Assembly (NCBI RefSeq): GCF_963921235.1
Contig: NC_086108.1
Span: 51,400,001-51,464,000, forward strand
From: Mobula hypostoma
Lineage: Eukaryota
Length of the DNA stretch: 64,000 nucleotides
Direction of reading: 5' to 3'
Within the stretch, counting starts at the first letter, position 1, and each line of letters opens with the position of its first letter. This document shows, one piece after another, positions 25,770-36,420 of this stretch. A model generated the notes under the pieces. That model was not told the DNA's origin. It saw only the letters and a list, made by a program, of their open reading frames with translations, and did not search any database. A program made the translations under genes and the position numbers.

Positions 25770-25838
25770 ATTGAAACAGTAATTCTGGCTCAACAGATGC
25801 TAGTTGACCTGCGTATTTCTAACATTTTCTGTTTTTAA
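25770..25838 (+). mobile_element. Very old PLE terminal-repeat remnant
   Basis: gaaacagtaattct..acagatgctagttgacctgc..aacattttctgttttt. Confidence 0.45.
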
Positions 25839-25969
25839 TCTTTGTTCACAGTTGCAGAGAAGAACCTTCAACCATTAAATTATTTTCTAATATCACACAA
25901 TTTCAGTTCCATTCATGAGTGCTGACTGAGATCAAGTGCATGTCTCAGCTACTTCTAAAGACAGTAGAG

Positions 25970-26049
25970 AAGGGGTTCCCAAACATTTTTAATACCATGG
26001 AGTCCTACCATAACTGAGGGGTCCATGGACCCCAGCTTGGAATCCTATG
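25970..26049. mobile_element. About 80 bp mini-MITE, reverse-orientation relative of 546-623
   Basis: aggggttcccaaac...ggggtccatggaccccagcttggaatcc. Confidence 0.6.
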
Positions 26050-26056
26050 AATCTTA

Positions 26057-26197
26057 TGACAGCAGAGTAGCAATGGCGTGAGTTTCTGGGAAAAATGAGG
26101 AAAGTGCAGGATATATGTATTCCAAAAATGAAGAAATACTCAAATGGCAAAACAATATAAGTAAAGACTACTATTAAAGCACCTGAAAATCCTCACT
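26057..26197. repeat. Locally templated inverted insertion with 11 bp flanking duplication
   Basis: 26057-26160 is the reverse complement of 27047-27150 (3 mismatches); 26162-26192 is the exact reverse complement of 26954-26984. Flanked by tatgaatctta (26046-26056 / 26198-26208). Confidence 0.92.
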
Positions 26198-28078
26198 TAT
26201 GAATCTTACCACTTTGCTTGGACTGCATTGTTAAAAAAAAGTTTAGGTAGAAAGAAGTACTGAAGCATTTCATTCTGAAGAGTTCTTTGCTCAGATAAAA
26301 TGATGAAATTTAAAACATAAGGTTCAGACTAGTGTACCTCTACAAATATCAGTTGTTTCATGTGTCTTAATCCAATGATAGAGCTATTTAAAACAATGGA
26401 AGCAAAATTACCTCTGGTGATATTACCACAGTAATTCTTACCACATGCATCAAATTTCTCTCCCCCAATTTAATAGAAGCACTAATCCATTTATTGTAAC
26501 CTGGTTAATGGCTTCATTAAAGTAGAGGAGAGGGGAATTTAAGATAAATGTGTTCAATATCCATAAACGACATGAATTTCTGCTCTTTGATAACAACAGT
26601 AATTGGATTTGAATACAAGACATTTTTACTCAAAAATATTTACTCTATACATTAGGTTGGTGGAATTTATTGTATTATTTTTCAGTGTAAATTCACAGCA
26701 GACAGTATTTTAGTTCTTCTCCTTTCTGCTGTCCAAAACTATCTCAAAGTGCTGTAGGTCTTCTTAGGCACAATCATACCATATGTGAACAATCACGTAA
26801 ACTGCAGCACAATATTACCCTGAAGCTAAGTGGCAAAATGCATTACATACTAGATGAAAAATCAACCACCATTATGCAAATTGAGTGGTGCGGTGCTTTC
26901 AAACACAATTCTTTGAGCTCAAGGATCAAGATATGAAGTCGGCTGCGTCTCCCGGATTTTCAGGTGCTTTAATAGTAGTCTTTATTTCCACTTGTGACAG
27001 TCATCTCTATGGTACAATCCTCTCTGACTTCCCTTGTCAGCCACGGTTATATTATTTTGCCATTTGAGTATTCCTTCATTTTTGGAATACATATATCCTG
27101 CACTTTCCTCATTTTTCCCAGAAACTCAAGCCATTGCTACTCTGCTGTCACTCCTACAAGCATTTCCTTCCAAGTTACTTTGGCCACCATAATTTCCTTG
27201 ACTCCACTGAAATATTGCTACAACAGAATTTACTTTCTCCCTATCAAATTTCAAGTTGTACTCAATCATATTGTGGTCACTGCCTCCTAAAGGTTCTTTC
27301 ACCTTAAGCTCCCTAACCACCTCCAGTTCATTACGTAACACCCAATCCAGTATAGATGATCTCCTTGTAGGCTCAATGATGAACTGCTCTAAAAAGCCAT
27401 CTCGTAGGCATTCAGCAAACTCACTCCCTTGAGATCCATTACCAACCTGAATTTCCCAATCGACCTTCATGTTGGAATCTCCCGTGACTATAATAACATT
27501 GCCCTTTTGACACGCCTTTCTATACCCATTGTAATCTGTGGTCCACATTTCAGCTACTGTTGGAAGGCCTGTATATAACTGTCATTAGGGTCCTTATACC
27601 CTTGCAGTTTCCTAACTCAGCTCACAAGGATTCAACATAAACTGGGCTGAGAAGTGGCAGATGGAGTTCAATGCAGATAAGTGTGAGGTGCTTCACTTTG
27701 GTAGGTCAAATATGATGGCAGAATATATAATATTAATGGTAAGACTCCTGACAGTGTGAAGGATCAGAGGGATCTTGGGGTCCATGTCCATAGGACACTC
27801 AAAGCTGCAGGTTGACTGTGTGATTAAGAAGGCATACAGTGCATTGGCCTTCATCAACCGTGGGATTGAGTTCAAAAGCTGAGAGGTAATGTTACAGCTA
27901 TATAGGATCCTGGTCAGACCTCACTTAGAGTGCTGTGCTCAGTTCTGGTTACCTCACTACAGGAAGGACTTGGAAACCATAGAAAGAGTGCAAAGGAGGT
28001 TTACAATGATGTTCAAGCAACATACATCAAAGTTGCTGGTGAACGCAGCAGGCCAAGCAGCATCTATAGGAAGAGGCG

Positions 28079-28115
28079 CAGTCGACGTTTCAGGCCGAGA
28101 CCCTTCGTCAGGACT
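28079..28115 (-). ncRNA. Minimal type I hammerhead ribozyme motif
   Basis: Minus strand AGUC-CUGACGA-AGGGUCUCGGCCU-GAAA-CGUC-GACUG. Stem I is AGUC/GACU, stem II AGG/CCU; predicted cut between 28084 and 28083. Confidence 0.78.
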
Positions 28116-28410
28116 AACTGAAGGAAGAGTGAGTAAGGGATTTGAAAGCTGGAGGGGGAGGGGGAGATGCAAAATGATAGGAGAAGACAGGAGGGAGAGG
28201 GATAGAGCCGAGAGCTGGACAGGTGATAGGCAAAAGGGGATACGAGAGGATCATGGGACAGGAGGCCTAGGGAGAAAGACGGGGGGGGGGGGTGACCCAG
28301 AGGATGGGCAAGAGGTATATTCAGAGGGACAGAGGGAGAAAAAGGAGAGTGAGAGAAAGAATGTGTGCATAAAAATGAGTAACAGCTGGGGTACGAGGGG
28401 GAGGTGGGGC

Positions 28411-29484
28411 CTAGCGGAAGTTAGAGAAGTCAATGTTCATGCCATCAGGTTGGAGGCTACCCAGACGGAATATAAGGTGTTGTTCCTCCAACCTGAGTGT
28501 GGCTTCATCTTTACAGTAGAGGAGGCCGTGGATAGACATGTCAGAATGGGAATGGGATGTGGAATTAAAATGTGTGGCCACTGGGAGATCCTGCTTTCTC
28601 TGGCGGACAGAGCGTAGATGTTCAGCAAAGCGGTCTCCCAGTCTGCGTCGGGTCTCACCAATATATAAAAGGCCACATCGGGAGCACCGGACGCAGTATA
28701 TCACCCCAGTCGACTCACAGGTGAAGTGATGCCTCACCTGGAAGGACTGTTTGGGGCCCTGAATGGTGGTAAGGGAGGAAGTGTAAGGGCATGTGTAGCA
28801 CTTGTTCCGCTTACACGGATAAGTGCCAGGAGGGAGATCAGTGGGGAGGGATGGGGGGGACGAATGGACAAGGGAGTTGTGTAGGGAGCGATCCCTGCGG
28901 AATGCAGAGAGAGGGGGGGAGGGAAAGATGTGCTTAGTTGTGGGATCCCGTTGGAGGTGGCGGAAGTTACGGAGAATAATATGTTGGACCCGGAGGCTGG
29001 TGGGGTGGTAGGTGAGGACCAGGGGAACCCTATTCCTAGTGGGGTGGTGGGAGGATGGAGTGAGAGCAGATGTACGTGAAATGGAGGAGATGCGTTTAAG
29101 AGCAGAGTTGATAGTGGAGGAAGGGAAGCCCCTTTCTTTAAAAAATGAAGACATCTCCCTCGTCCTAGAATGAAAAGCCTCATCCTGAGAGCAGATGCGG
29201 CGGAGACGGAGGAATTGCGAGAAGGGGATGGCGTTTTTGCAAGAGACAGGGTGAGAAGAGGAATAGTCCAGATAGCTGTGAGAGTCAGTAGGCTTATAGT
29301 AGATATCAGTGGATAAGCTGTCTCCAGAGACAGAGACAGAAAGATCTAGAAAGGGGAGGGAGGTGTTGGAAATAGACCAGGTAAACTTGAGGGCAGGGTG
29401 AAAGTTGGAGGCAAAGTTAATAAAGTCAACGAGTTCTGCATGTGTGCAGGAAGCAGCGCCAATGCAGTCGTCGATATAGCGAAC
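28411..29484 (-). pseudogene. PLE ORF C-terminal half: RT (YIDD onward), Cys linker and GIY-YIG endonuclease
   Basis: RYIDD, LPFLDL, YYKPTD, CKRNKCYTC, VIYCVRCSRCGLLYIGETRRRLGDRFAEH, EEQHLI..GMN; no stops but lacks the N-terminus. Confidence 0.93.
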
Positions 29485-29928
29485 ACAATGATGTTGCCTG
29501 GATTGGGGAGCATGCCTTAAGAGAATTGGTTGAGTGAACTTGGCCGTTTCTCCTTGTAGCGACGTATGATGAGAGGTGACCTGATAGAGATGTATAAGAT
29601 GATGAGAGGCATTGATCTTGTGGATAGTCCGAGGCTTTTTTCCGATGGCTGAAATGGCTAGCTGAAGAGGACACAGTTTTAAGGTGCTTGGAAGTAGGTA
29701 CCGAGGGGATGTCAGGGGTAAGTTTTTTATGAAGAGAGTGGTGAGTGCATGGAATGGGCTGCTGGCGACAGTGGTGGAGGTGGATACAATAGTGCCACAT
29801 CTTTCTACTGATTTGATGCCATTCTTTACCAGCAGAGCCATGGAACCCCCTCTGCTTACCTTCCTATCCCTCTGATACAATGCGTAACCTTGGACATTCA
29901 GCTCCCAACTACAACCATTCTGCAGCCA

Positions 29929-30435
29929 TCATGCAGTTGTCAGATGTTCCAGGGTTGAATGAAGAACCGATGAAATGGCACCTGATATTGACCAGTTGTG
30001 ACAGTAGGAAAATTGGAGCAGATCCAAGTCACTCCACAGACAGGAGCGGTTATGTTTCATCACCAACCTGCCAAAGCACTTCATCACAGTGGATGTAAGT
30101 ACTACTAGACGATAGTCAGTGAGGCAGTTCATCACATTCTTCTTTGGTACATGTATAATGGAAGCCTGCTGGAAGCAGGTTGATACTTAGGCTGCAGAAG
30201 CGAAAGGTTTAAGATATTGGTAAATACTCCAGCCAGTTGATCAGCAGAGGTCTTTAGTGCCTGGCCAAGTACCACATCTGGGCCGGATGCTTTCTATGGG
30301 TTCACTAAACTGGAGGATGTTCTCATGTCGGCCTCAGAGACTAAAATTACAGGCCATTGGGGTCTGAGGGAGTTCGTGAAGGTTCCTCTATGTGTCGACA
30401 GTCAAAACAAATATAGAAGGCATTGTGCTCGTCTG
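29929..30435 (-). mobile_element. Rex1/Babar-type LINE RT fragment
   Basis: DYRLVVLTSTVMKCFGRLV..DLDLLQFSY. Confidence 0.85.
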
Positions 30436-31827
30436 GTTTATAGTGGTAGGTGTAAGACTAGGCCATTAGTTTAAAGTTCAATCTATTGTCAGTTTGTCAC
30501 AACAGAAAGTGTCAACAGAATTATAAAAATAATAATTAGTACTTGATATTTTCTTAAAGCTCCTCCCATCTTCAAACCCTGCTTCTTAATCAATCGCAAA
30601 TAATTGTTCTTCGAGTTTAGAATTTTGAGCAATTGAATTTCATTAATTCAGGTGAAACAGTTGCATATTATACATTCAGTCTGCTTAATTAAAATAACCG
30701 CAAGTACTGCTACATGATTATTTTTGCGTACTCTCATGCATATGTTTTTACTAAAGTTAACAAGTAATGGAAAATATTGCCTTAAGTCCTTTGTTGAGGA
30801 AATCTTTGGTGGTTTATCTGTTTCTAATTGGCTATATGGTTAACAAGGCTTATTCTGAGGTTTGGCTGTTTCTCACAGGGTACTTAGAAATGATTCTTTA
30901 TTGGTTCGGCTATTTTTAAGAAATGCTTCAATTAAGATTTTTATATTTATCTGCAGAATAATACGTTGCACACAGAAACAACATATGGAGGAAAATTTGT
31001 CAAGATTTGATCTTAAAAGTTACTAGTAAGACAGAAAACTTGCAAATCTTAGACCAGGTTATTAGAATACAAGTCATAGATTATTTTTAATCAAATGTAC
31101 ACTTCAACATGCATAGTTTATCAAGCAACCTCACTTCCTGGAAGTGGATTCCACCTCATCATTCATGATGAAACTTTGCTGTTGGTACCACATCCAGATT
31201 TAGCTCACCAGTTCTTACTTTCCTGATAGAAATTTGCAGCTCCACTTCAAACACCAGCAATTTTGATGGTTTTGCTTCAGAGTTTTTTATTTAATTTTGG
31301 GTTGAAAATTTAGTGACATTTCAGTAATGCTGCAAAGAGGAAAAACTCTAGTTTTAAGCAGACCAAATCAGCAAGCCCACCTATCTGCTTGCCCCTAAAT
31401 CTAAGAACAAATGAAAAATAGCAGAACAAAGTGGTTGTCAGTGACCATTATGTGTGAGCTTGCATGAGGACTTCCAGCTCCAAGTGCACCAACAAATCAA
31501 CCGCCACCTTAAATGTACCCAGTGAACTGGCCTGCACAGCTGTCCGTGGCAATGAATTCTACAGATTTACTATCCTCTGGCTAAAGAAATTTTCCCAAGC
31601 CTCTCTTCTAAATGGACATCCATCAATTTTGATGCTGTGTCATCTGGTCCTAGACTCCTACATTGTAGGAATATCCTCTCCTCATCCACTCTGTCTAGGT
31701 TTTTAAGTATTCAATAGGTTTCAATAAGATCCCTCTCTTTCTTCTAAACTCCAGCAAGTACAGGCCCAGAGCCATCAAACACTCCTCATATGTTAACCCT
31801 TTCATTTCCCGGAATCATCTTGTAAAC

Positions 31828-32003
31828 TGTTGTATCTGCACAACGACATATCAATTAAATAAAAGCATGCACGAGGAGGTGAGGTTAACTGGCATAGTCA
31901 CTTTGCAGAGACAAGAACAAGTCAATGTGCATGGGAAGTTATCAGTCAATAAGCCGTGCAAAGGGGAATCATTGCACTAAAAGCAATAGTTCCATACATT
32001 ACA
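31828..32003 (-). repeat. 3' LTR of the Mag-clade element
   Basis: tgttgt...ccatacattaca, direct repeat of 36244-36420, adjacent to the PPT. Confidence 0.92.
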
Positions 32004-35000
32004 CTTCCACCCCCTTTAGATTAAAACCATAAATGTAACAAAACATTAAATTTCCTTTAACAAACCATATTCAAATAATCATGCTTTAACAATAATAGTC
32101 CAGAACTAACTTCACTATATTAAAGATTCAGTCTTTTGGGTGGGGCTGTTTCTTTCAGGATAGCACCTCTGGACCTGTGGAGTGGCATTAGGTTTGACAG
32201 GTGTCTTGTCATAGACAACTTTCTCTGTTACAGGTGCGGTGTTGCTGTTAGTGATATGATCATCACTGAGAGGTCAGTCTGGTGGATGCAATGTGTCCCT
32301 CTTGTTGGATGCTGTCGACTCAGGTGTGTTCTTCGACTGAGCATCTGGTATCTGATCCACATGACGTCTTCATGTATGATCACCAACATCCACTGTGTAT
32401 ATCAGTGGTCCGGTTCTTGTAGATATCCTATCAGGTGTCCTCTTGTCTTCTTGCTAATTACATGCTAGGACTCCCTGTCCAACTTCAAAGCCCCTTGCTG
32501 ATTTAATTGGCAACTGGCTGAATTGTTTATTGTGTACTTCCCTCTGTAGATCTGGTTTCGGGAGGTCTACGTGAGATCTCATATTCCTGCTCATGAACAG
32601 GTGTTTGATTTGTCATCGCATGAACCGAGTTCCGATACACAAAAAGGAAGTTGTCCACTTCATGCTGTAGAGAAGAGTCCTCCTTGATCATCACTTTAAT
32701 GTACTTCTTGAAGATCTGCACAAACCTTGCGGGTAACCCATTGCTTGCTGGGTGGTGAGGTGCTGACTTGAAACGTTTGATGCCATTTTTCTTTGTGAAT
32801 AGTCTGAACTCTTCTGACGTATATTGTGGTCTATTGTTACTCACAATTTGTCCAGGTAAGCCATTTCTGGAGAAGATAGTCCTCAGAGAAGAAACAGTCT
32901 TTTCTGAGGTGGTTGACTTCATTTGGATGAGCTCTGGCCACTTCGAATGAGCATGCACAGCAATCAGAAACTTGGAGTCCATGAATGGCCCAGCAAAAGT
33001 CAATATGCACTCTTTGCCATGATGAGGATGGCCACTCCCATGGGCGTAATAATGCGTATTGGGGTGCATTTAGAACCCTGTGGCATCCTGAACAGCTTTT
33101 AGTCAAGCCCTCAATCTATCTATCTACTCCTGGCTGTCACATGTAGCTCCAGGCAAGATTCTTCATCTTGTTTGTACCCAGGTGTCCTTCATGTAGATTT
33201 TCTAACACTCTGGAGCACAGTTTAGAGGGAACCACATCATGAGATCTACACATTACGGCTCTTTGACATACAGACAGTTGGTTTCGTCTCACTGAGAACT
33301 CTAGAAACATAGGATTACCATGAGCTGGCCATCCATGCATGGTGATATCACAGACTTTTGACAATGTTGAGTTATTCCTTGTTTCTCTTTGTATTTCAGA
33401 ATTTGTTACTAGCAACTGGTCCATCAATGGTGTGTGGAACACCTCTGCTGGGTCACAGAATGAAGACTTCTCTTCTTCAATTGCCAACAGTAGAAGATGT
33501 GACAAGCCATTAGCATTGCCGGGTTGTTTTGTACCCTTGAACGCTATGTCATAAGAGTGGGCTCCTAGGAAAAGTGCCCAACATTGTAACTGGGTAGCAG
33601 TTATCACTGGGATTGAAAATGGGCACAAGGGGATGGTGGTCTGCCACTAGAGTAAACTTTTGTCTGTAGAGGTAGTGGTGGAACTTCTTTACTCCCCGTA
33701 TTAGACTAAGGGCCTCTCAGTCGAACTGTGCATAGTTGCATTCTGGGGGCATCAGTTGGACTGGTCAGTCAAATGCAATTGGACGTTCACATGCATCTTT
33801 CATTGTAGGTGACAAAACAGCATCAATGCCATAAGGGGACACAGCGCACATCAGTCTGATGAGCGGTGATGGTCGCAGTTCATCTGATGTTAGTAGTCTC
33901 TTTGATTCTTTAAATGCTCTTTCACATCTTTCTGAGCATTCCCATTTTGTTCCTGTCTGCAGCAGTGTGTTCAATAGGCGCAGCACTGTAGCAATGTTTG
34001 GGAGCAACCAGTTGTCATGGAAGAAAAGCCCAAGTATGATCTGAGTGCTATATTTTCTGGTTTGGGTGCCTATAGCACTGCTTCACTCCTCTCTTGTGAC
34101 TTGTGTAAGCCATGCTTGTCAATGACATGTCCACAAGATGAGATTTCATTCTTGAAAAACTCACTTTTCTCTCTCTTTGCACGCAGACGATACTCACTCA
34201 ACCTGATAAGCACATTACTGAGATTCTGGAGATGCTCTTCATCATTCTTGCCAGTCATGATGATGTCATCAAAGTAACATAGTGTTCCTGGGATATGTTG
34301 GAGCAATTGGTCCATTGCTCTTTGCCAAATTGTTGGAGCTGATGCGACGCCAAAGACAAGACAATTATACCGGAACAGTCCCTTGTCAATGTTGATTATG
34401 AGGAACTTCCTGCTTGACTCCTTGATCTCCATTTGCAGTGACAAGTCAATCTTTGAAAACCTCTCCCTACCTGCCAAAGATACAAAAATGTCTTCTATTC
34501 GTGGCAGGGGCTACTACACAGTACGCAGCACAGGGTAGACGCTCACTTTGAAGTCCCCCGCATATGTGAACGGCTGCGACCTTTCCTTTCTTGATCACCA
34601 GGACAATGGGTGTGGCCCAATCACTCCATTCAACCTTGGAGAGAAAGCCAGACACCTCCAAGCTCTGAAGGATATCATCCACTTCAGGACATAGTGCGTA
34701 AGGCACTGACATCGCTTTATAGAATCTTGGTGTTGCTGCTTCATCCAGTTCAATTCTGGCCTTTTGAGTTTACTGATACCCTTCTCAAACACCTTGTCAT
34801 TAACATTGAGCACTGTGACAGTCCCTGGTTAGTGCTACCATTTGGGCTGCAGTTGCCTGTCGATGGCACATTGAGAGCTTCATTTGAGTGCCAGTCAGTT
34901 GGATTTTTCCCAACCACTCACTTCCAAAAAATGCTGACCCTCCACTTTTCAACACATAAAGCTCTAACTGCTATGTTTTCCCTCCATACATCACTTTTAC

Positions 35001-36243
35001 TTTCAGTTTGCCTTTGGGAGACACTTTTTCACCTGTGTAGGTCTTTAGCATCATCAAGGTCTTCTCTAATGGTAGCTTTGAAGACAGTGTGTGGAGTCAG
35101 CCTCTGAAGTGATAGACAAAACTGCCCCTGCATCCAGCTCCCTTTTCAGTTTTACACCAGACACATCTATTGTGATCCATATGTGTTTGCAATCTGCTTC
35201 AGTAATGCTATGCAGTTTTAGGCATGGCAGCTCACCATTGTCAGACTCTATGTTGTCTTATTCAGTTTCACATTCAGTCACTTTATGCATTTGTTTAGTT
35301 TTGTGTTTGAAACTTTTCACTCTGTGTGGTTTGTCTCTTTGGTTGTTTTTTTTTTTGTCTGACTTGCACACTCTCTCTATGTTACCTTGTCTGTGACACT
35401 TTCCACAAACCTTTTCTTTGAACCAACAGTCATTTGCATCATGGGAGGATTTGTCACATCGATAAAGTTTTTAGCTTTTTGTACCATTCAGGGACATTTT
35501 GAGTGTTTCACATTCTGATTCCTTTTTCTGTAGTTCTGACGCAACCTTTTCTGCCGTCTCCAATGATATTGCAATGGTCAATGCACGTTCTAAGGTTAGG
35601 TCTCTTTCTGATAGTAGCCTCTTTTGAATGCTTTGACTATGCATGTCACACACAAGCCTGTCCTTTAATGCATCAGAAAGTCACAGTATTGGGAACATTT
35701 GTACAGTTCTGCAATGTATTGAGAAATGTTTTCATCCTTTGACTGGTTCCTTTTGTGAAATCTAAATTTCACAGCTATTGTTTGCAGTTTAGGGCTCAAG
35801 TGATGTTGTATAATTACAATCATTTCGTCGAACATCTTGCTTGCTGGCTTTTCAGAAGTTACTAAGTTGTGTGAAGGCCTGTACATTTTAGCATCCATGA
35901 AACTAAGAATTGTGGAGACTTTCTTTTCTTCATCCATGTCATTCACATTACAGTACAGTTCAACCCTTGAAATTTTCGATTCTCAGTCCTCATTAACATT
36001 ATCAAATTCATCAACTTTCCTGACTAAGGCCATTGTCATGTTATTTTCACTTTAACATTGCGAGTTGGACATCTTTCACTATTACCCACGCATCACTTTG
36101 TTAGCATCCATGACGGCCTTCTCCATACTGATTCACTCTTTCTTCTCACTGACTCTCTCCCTTCTTCCGAATTCTGTCATCTCATAACTGTTGGTGCAAC
36201 TGGTGATATCCACTGACGTTCAGTTTCCTACTCATTGCCAATT

Positions 36244-36420
36244 TGTTGTGTCTGTTCAACTAAATGTCAATCAAATAAAAAGCACACAGGCAGAGGTGAG
36301 GTTAACTGGTGTGTTCACTTTGCAGAGAGAGAACTACAGATCAATGCACATGGATAAGCTATCAGGCAATAAATAGTGCTAAGGGGAGTCATTGTGCTTT
36401 TAAAAAATCCATACATTACA
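36244..36420 (-). repeat. 5' LTR of the Mag-clade element
   Basis: tgttgt...ccatacattaca, adjacent to the PBS-like motif. Confidence 0.92.

Larger units (their letters stand above)
28014..29484 (-). mobile_element. Neptune-type PLE, 5'-truncated, young
   Basis: 11 bp TSD acaatgatgtt (28003-28013 / 29485-29495); uninterrupted reading frame. Confidence 0.97.
27639..29790 (+). mobile_element. CR1 3' fragment, split by a PLE
   Basis: WAEKWQMEFN, LVRPHLECCAQFW..ERVQRRFTMM, resuming LPGL after the PLE, then RVVSAWNGL. Confidence 0.92.
27015..29928 (-). mobile_element. CR1 endonuclease-region fragment (27015-27638 and about 29792-29928), split by nested insertions
   Basis: ORF 27126-27548 (GDSNMKVDW..LGGSDHN). 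The two halves are collinear with the CR1 copy at 8790-9560. Confidence 0.88.
31828..36420 (-). mobile_element. Mag-clade Ty3/Gypsy LTR retrotransposon, structurally complete but decayed
   Basis: Two TG..CA LTRs, PBS-like tggcaatgag at about 36231-36240 (minus), PPT 32004-32017, TSD taaac/tacac. Order gag, protease (LDAGAV), RT (FSKIDL, YFDD), RNase H, integrase (WEWPSSSWQRVHIDF, APHHPASNG). Confidence 0.95.

Noticed and set aside
27889..28617. 242 aa plus-strand ORF
   Set aside because: CR1 RT remnant reading into antisense PLE sequence; not a gene.
31133..31225. Possible minus-strand exon (tttctatcag/G...GAA/gtgagg)
   Set aside because: Stops in all three frames and no other support.
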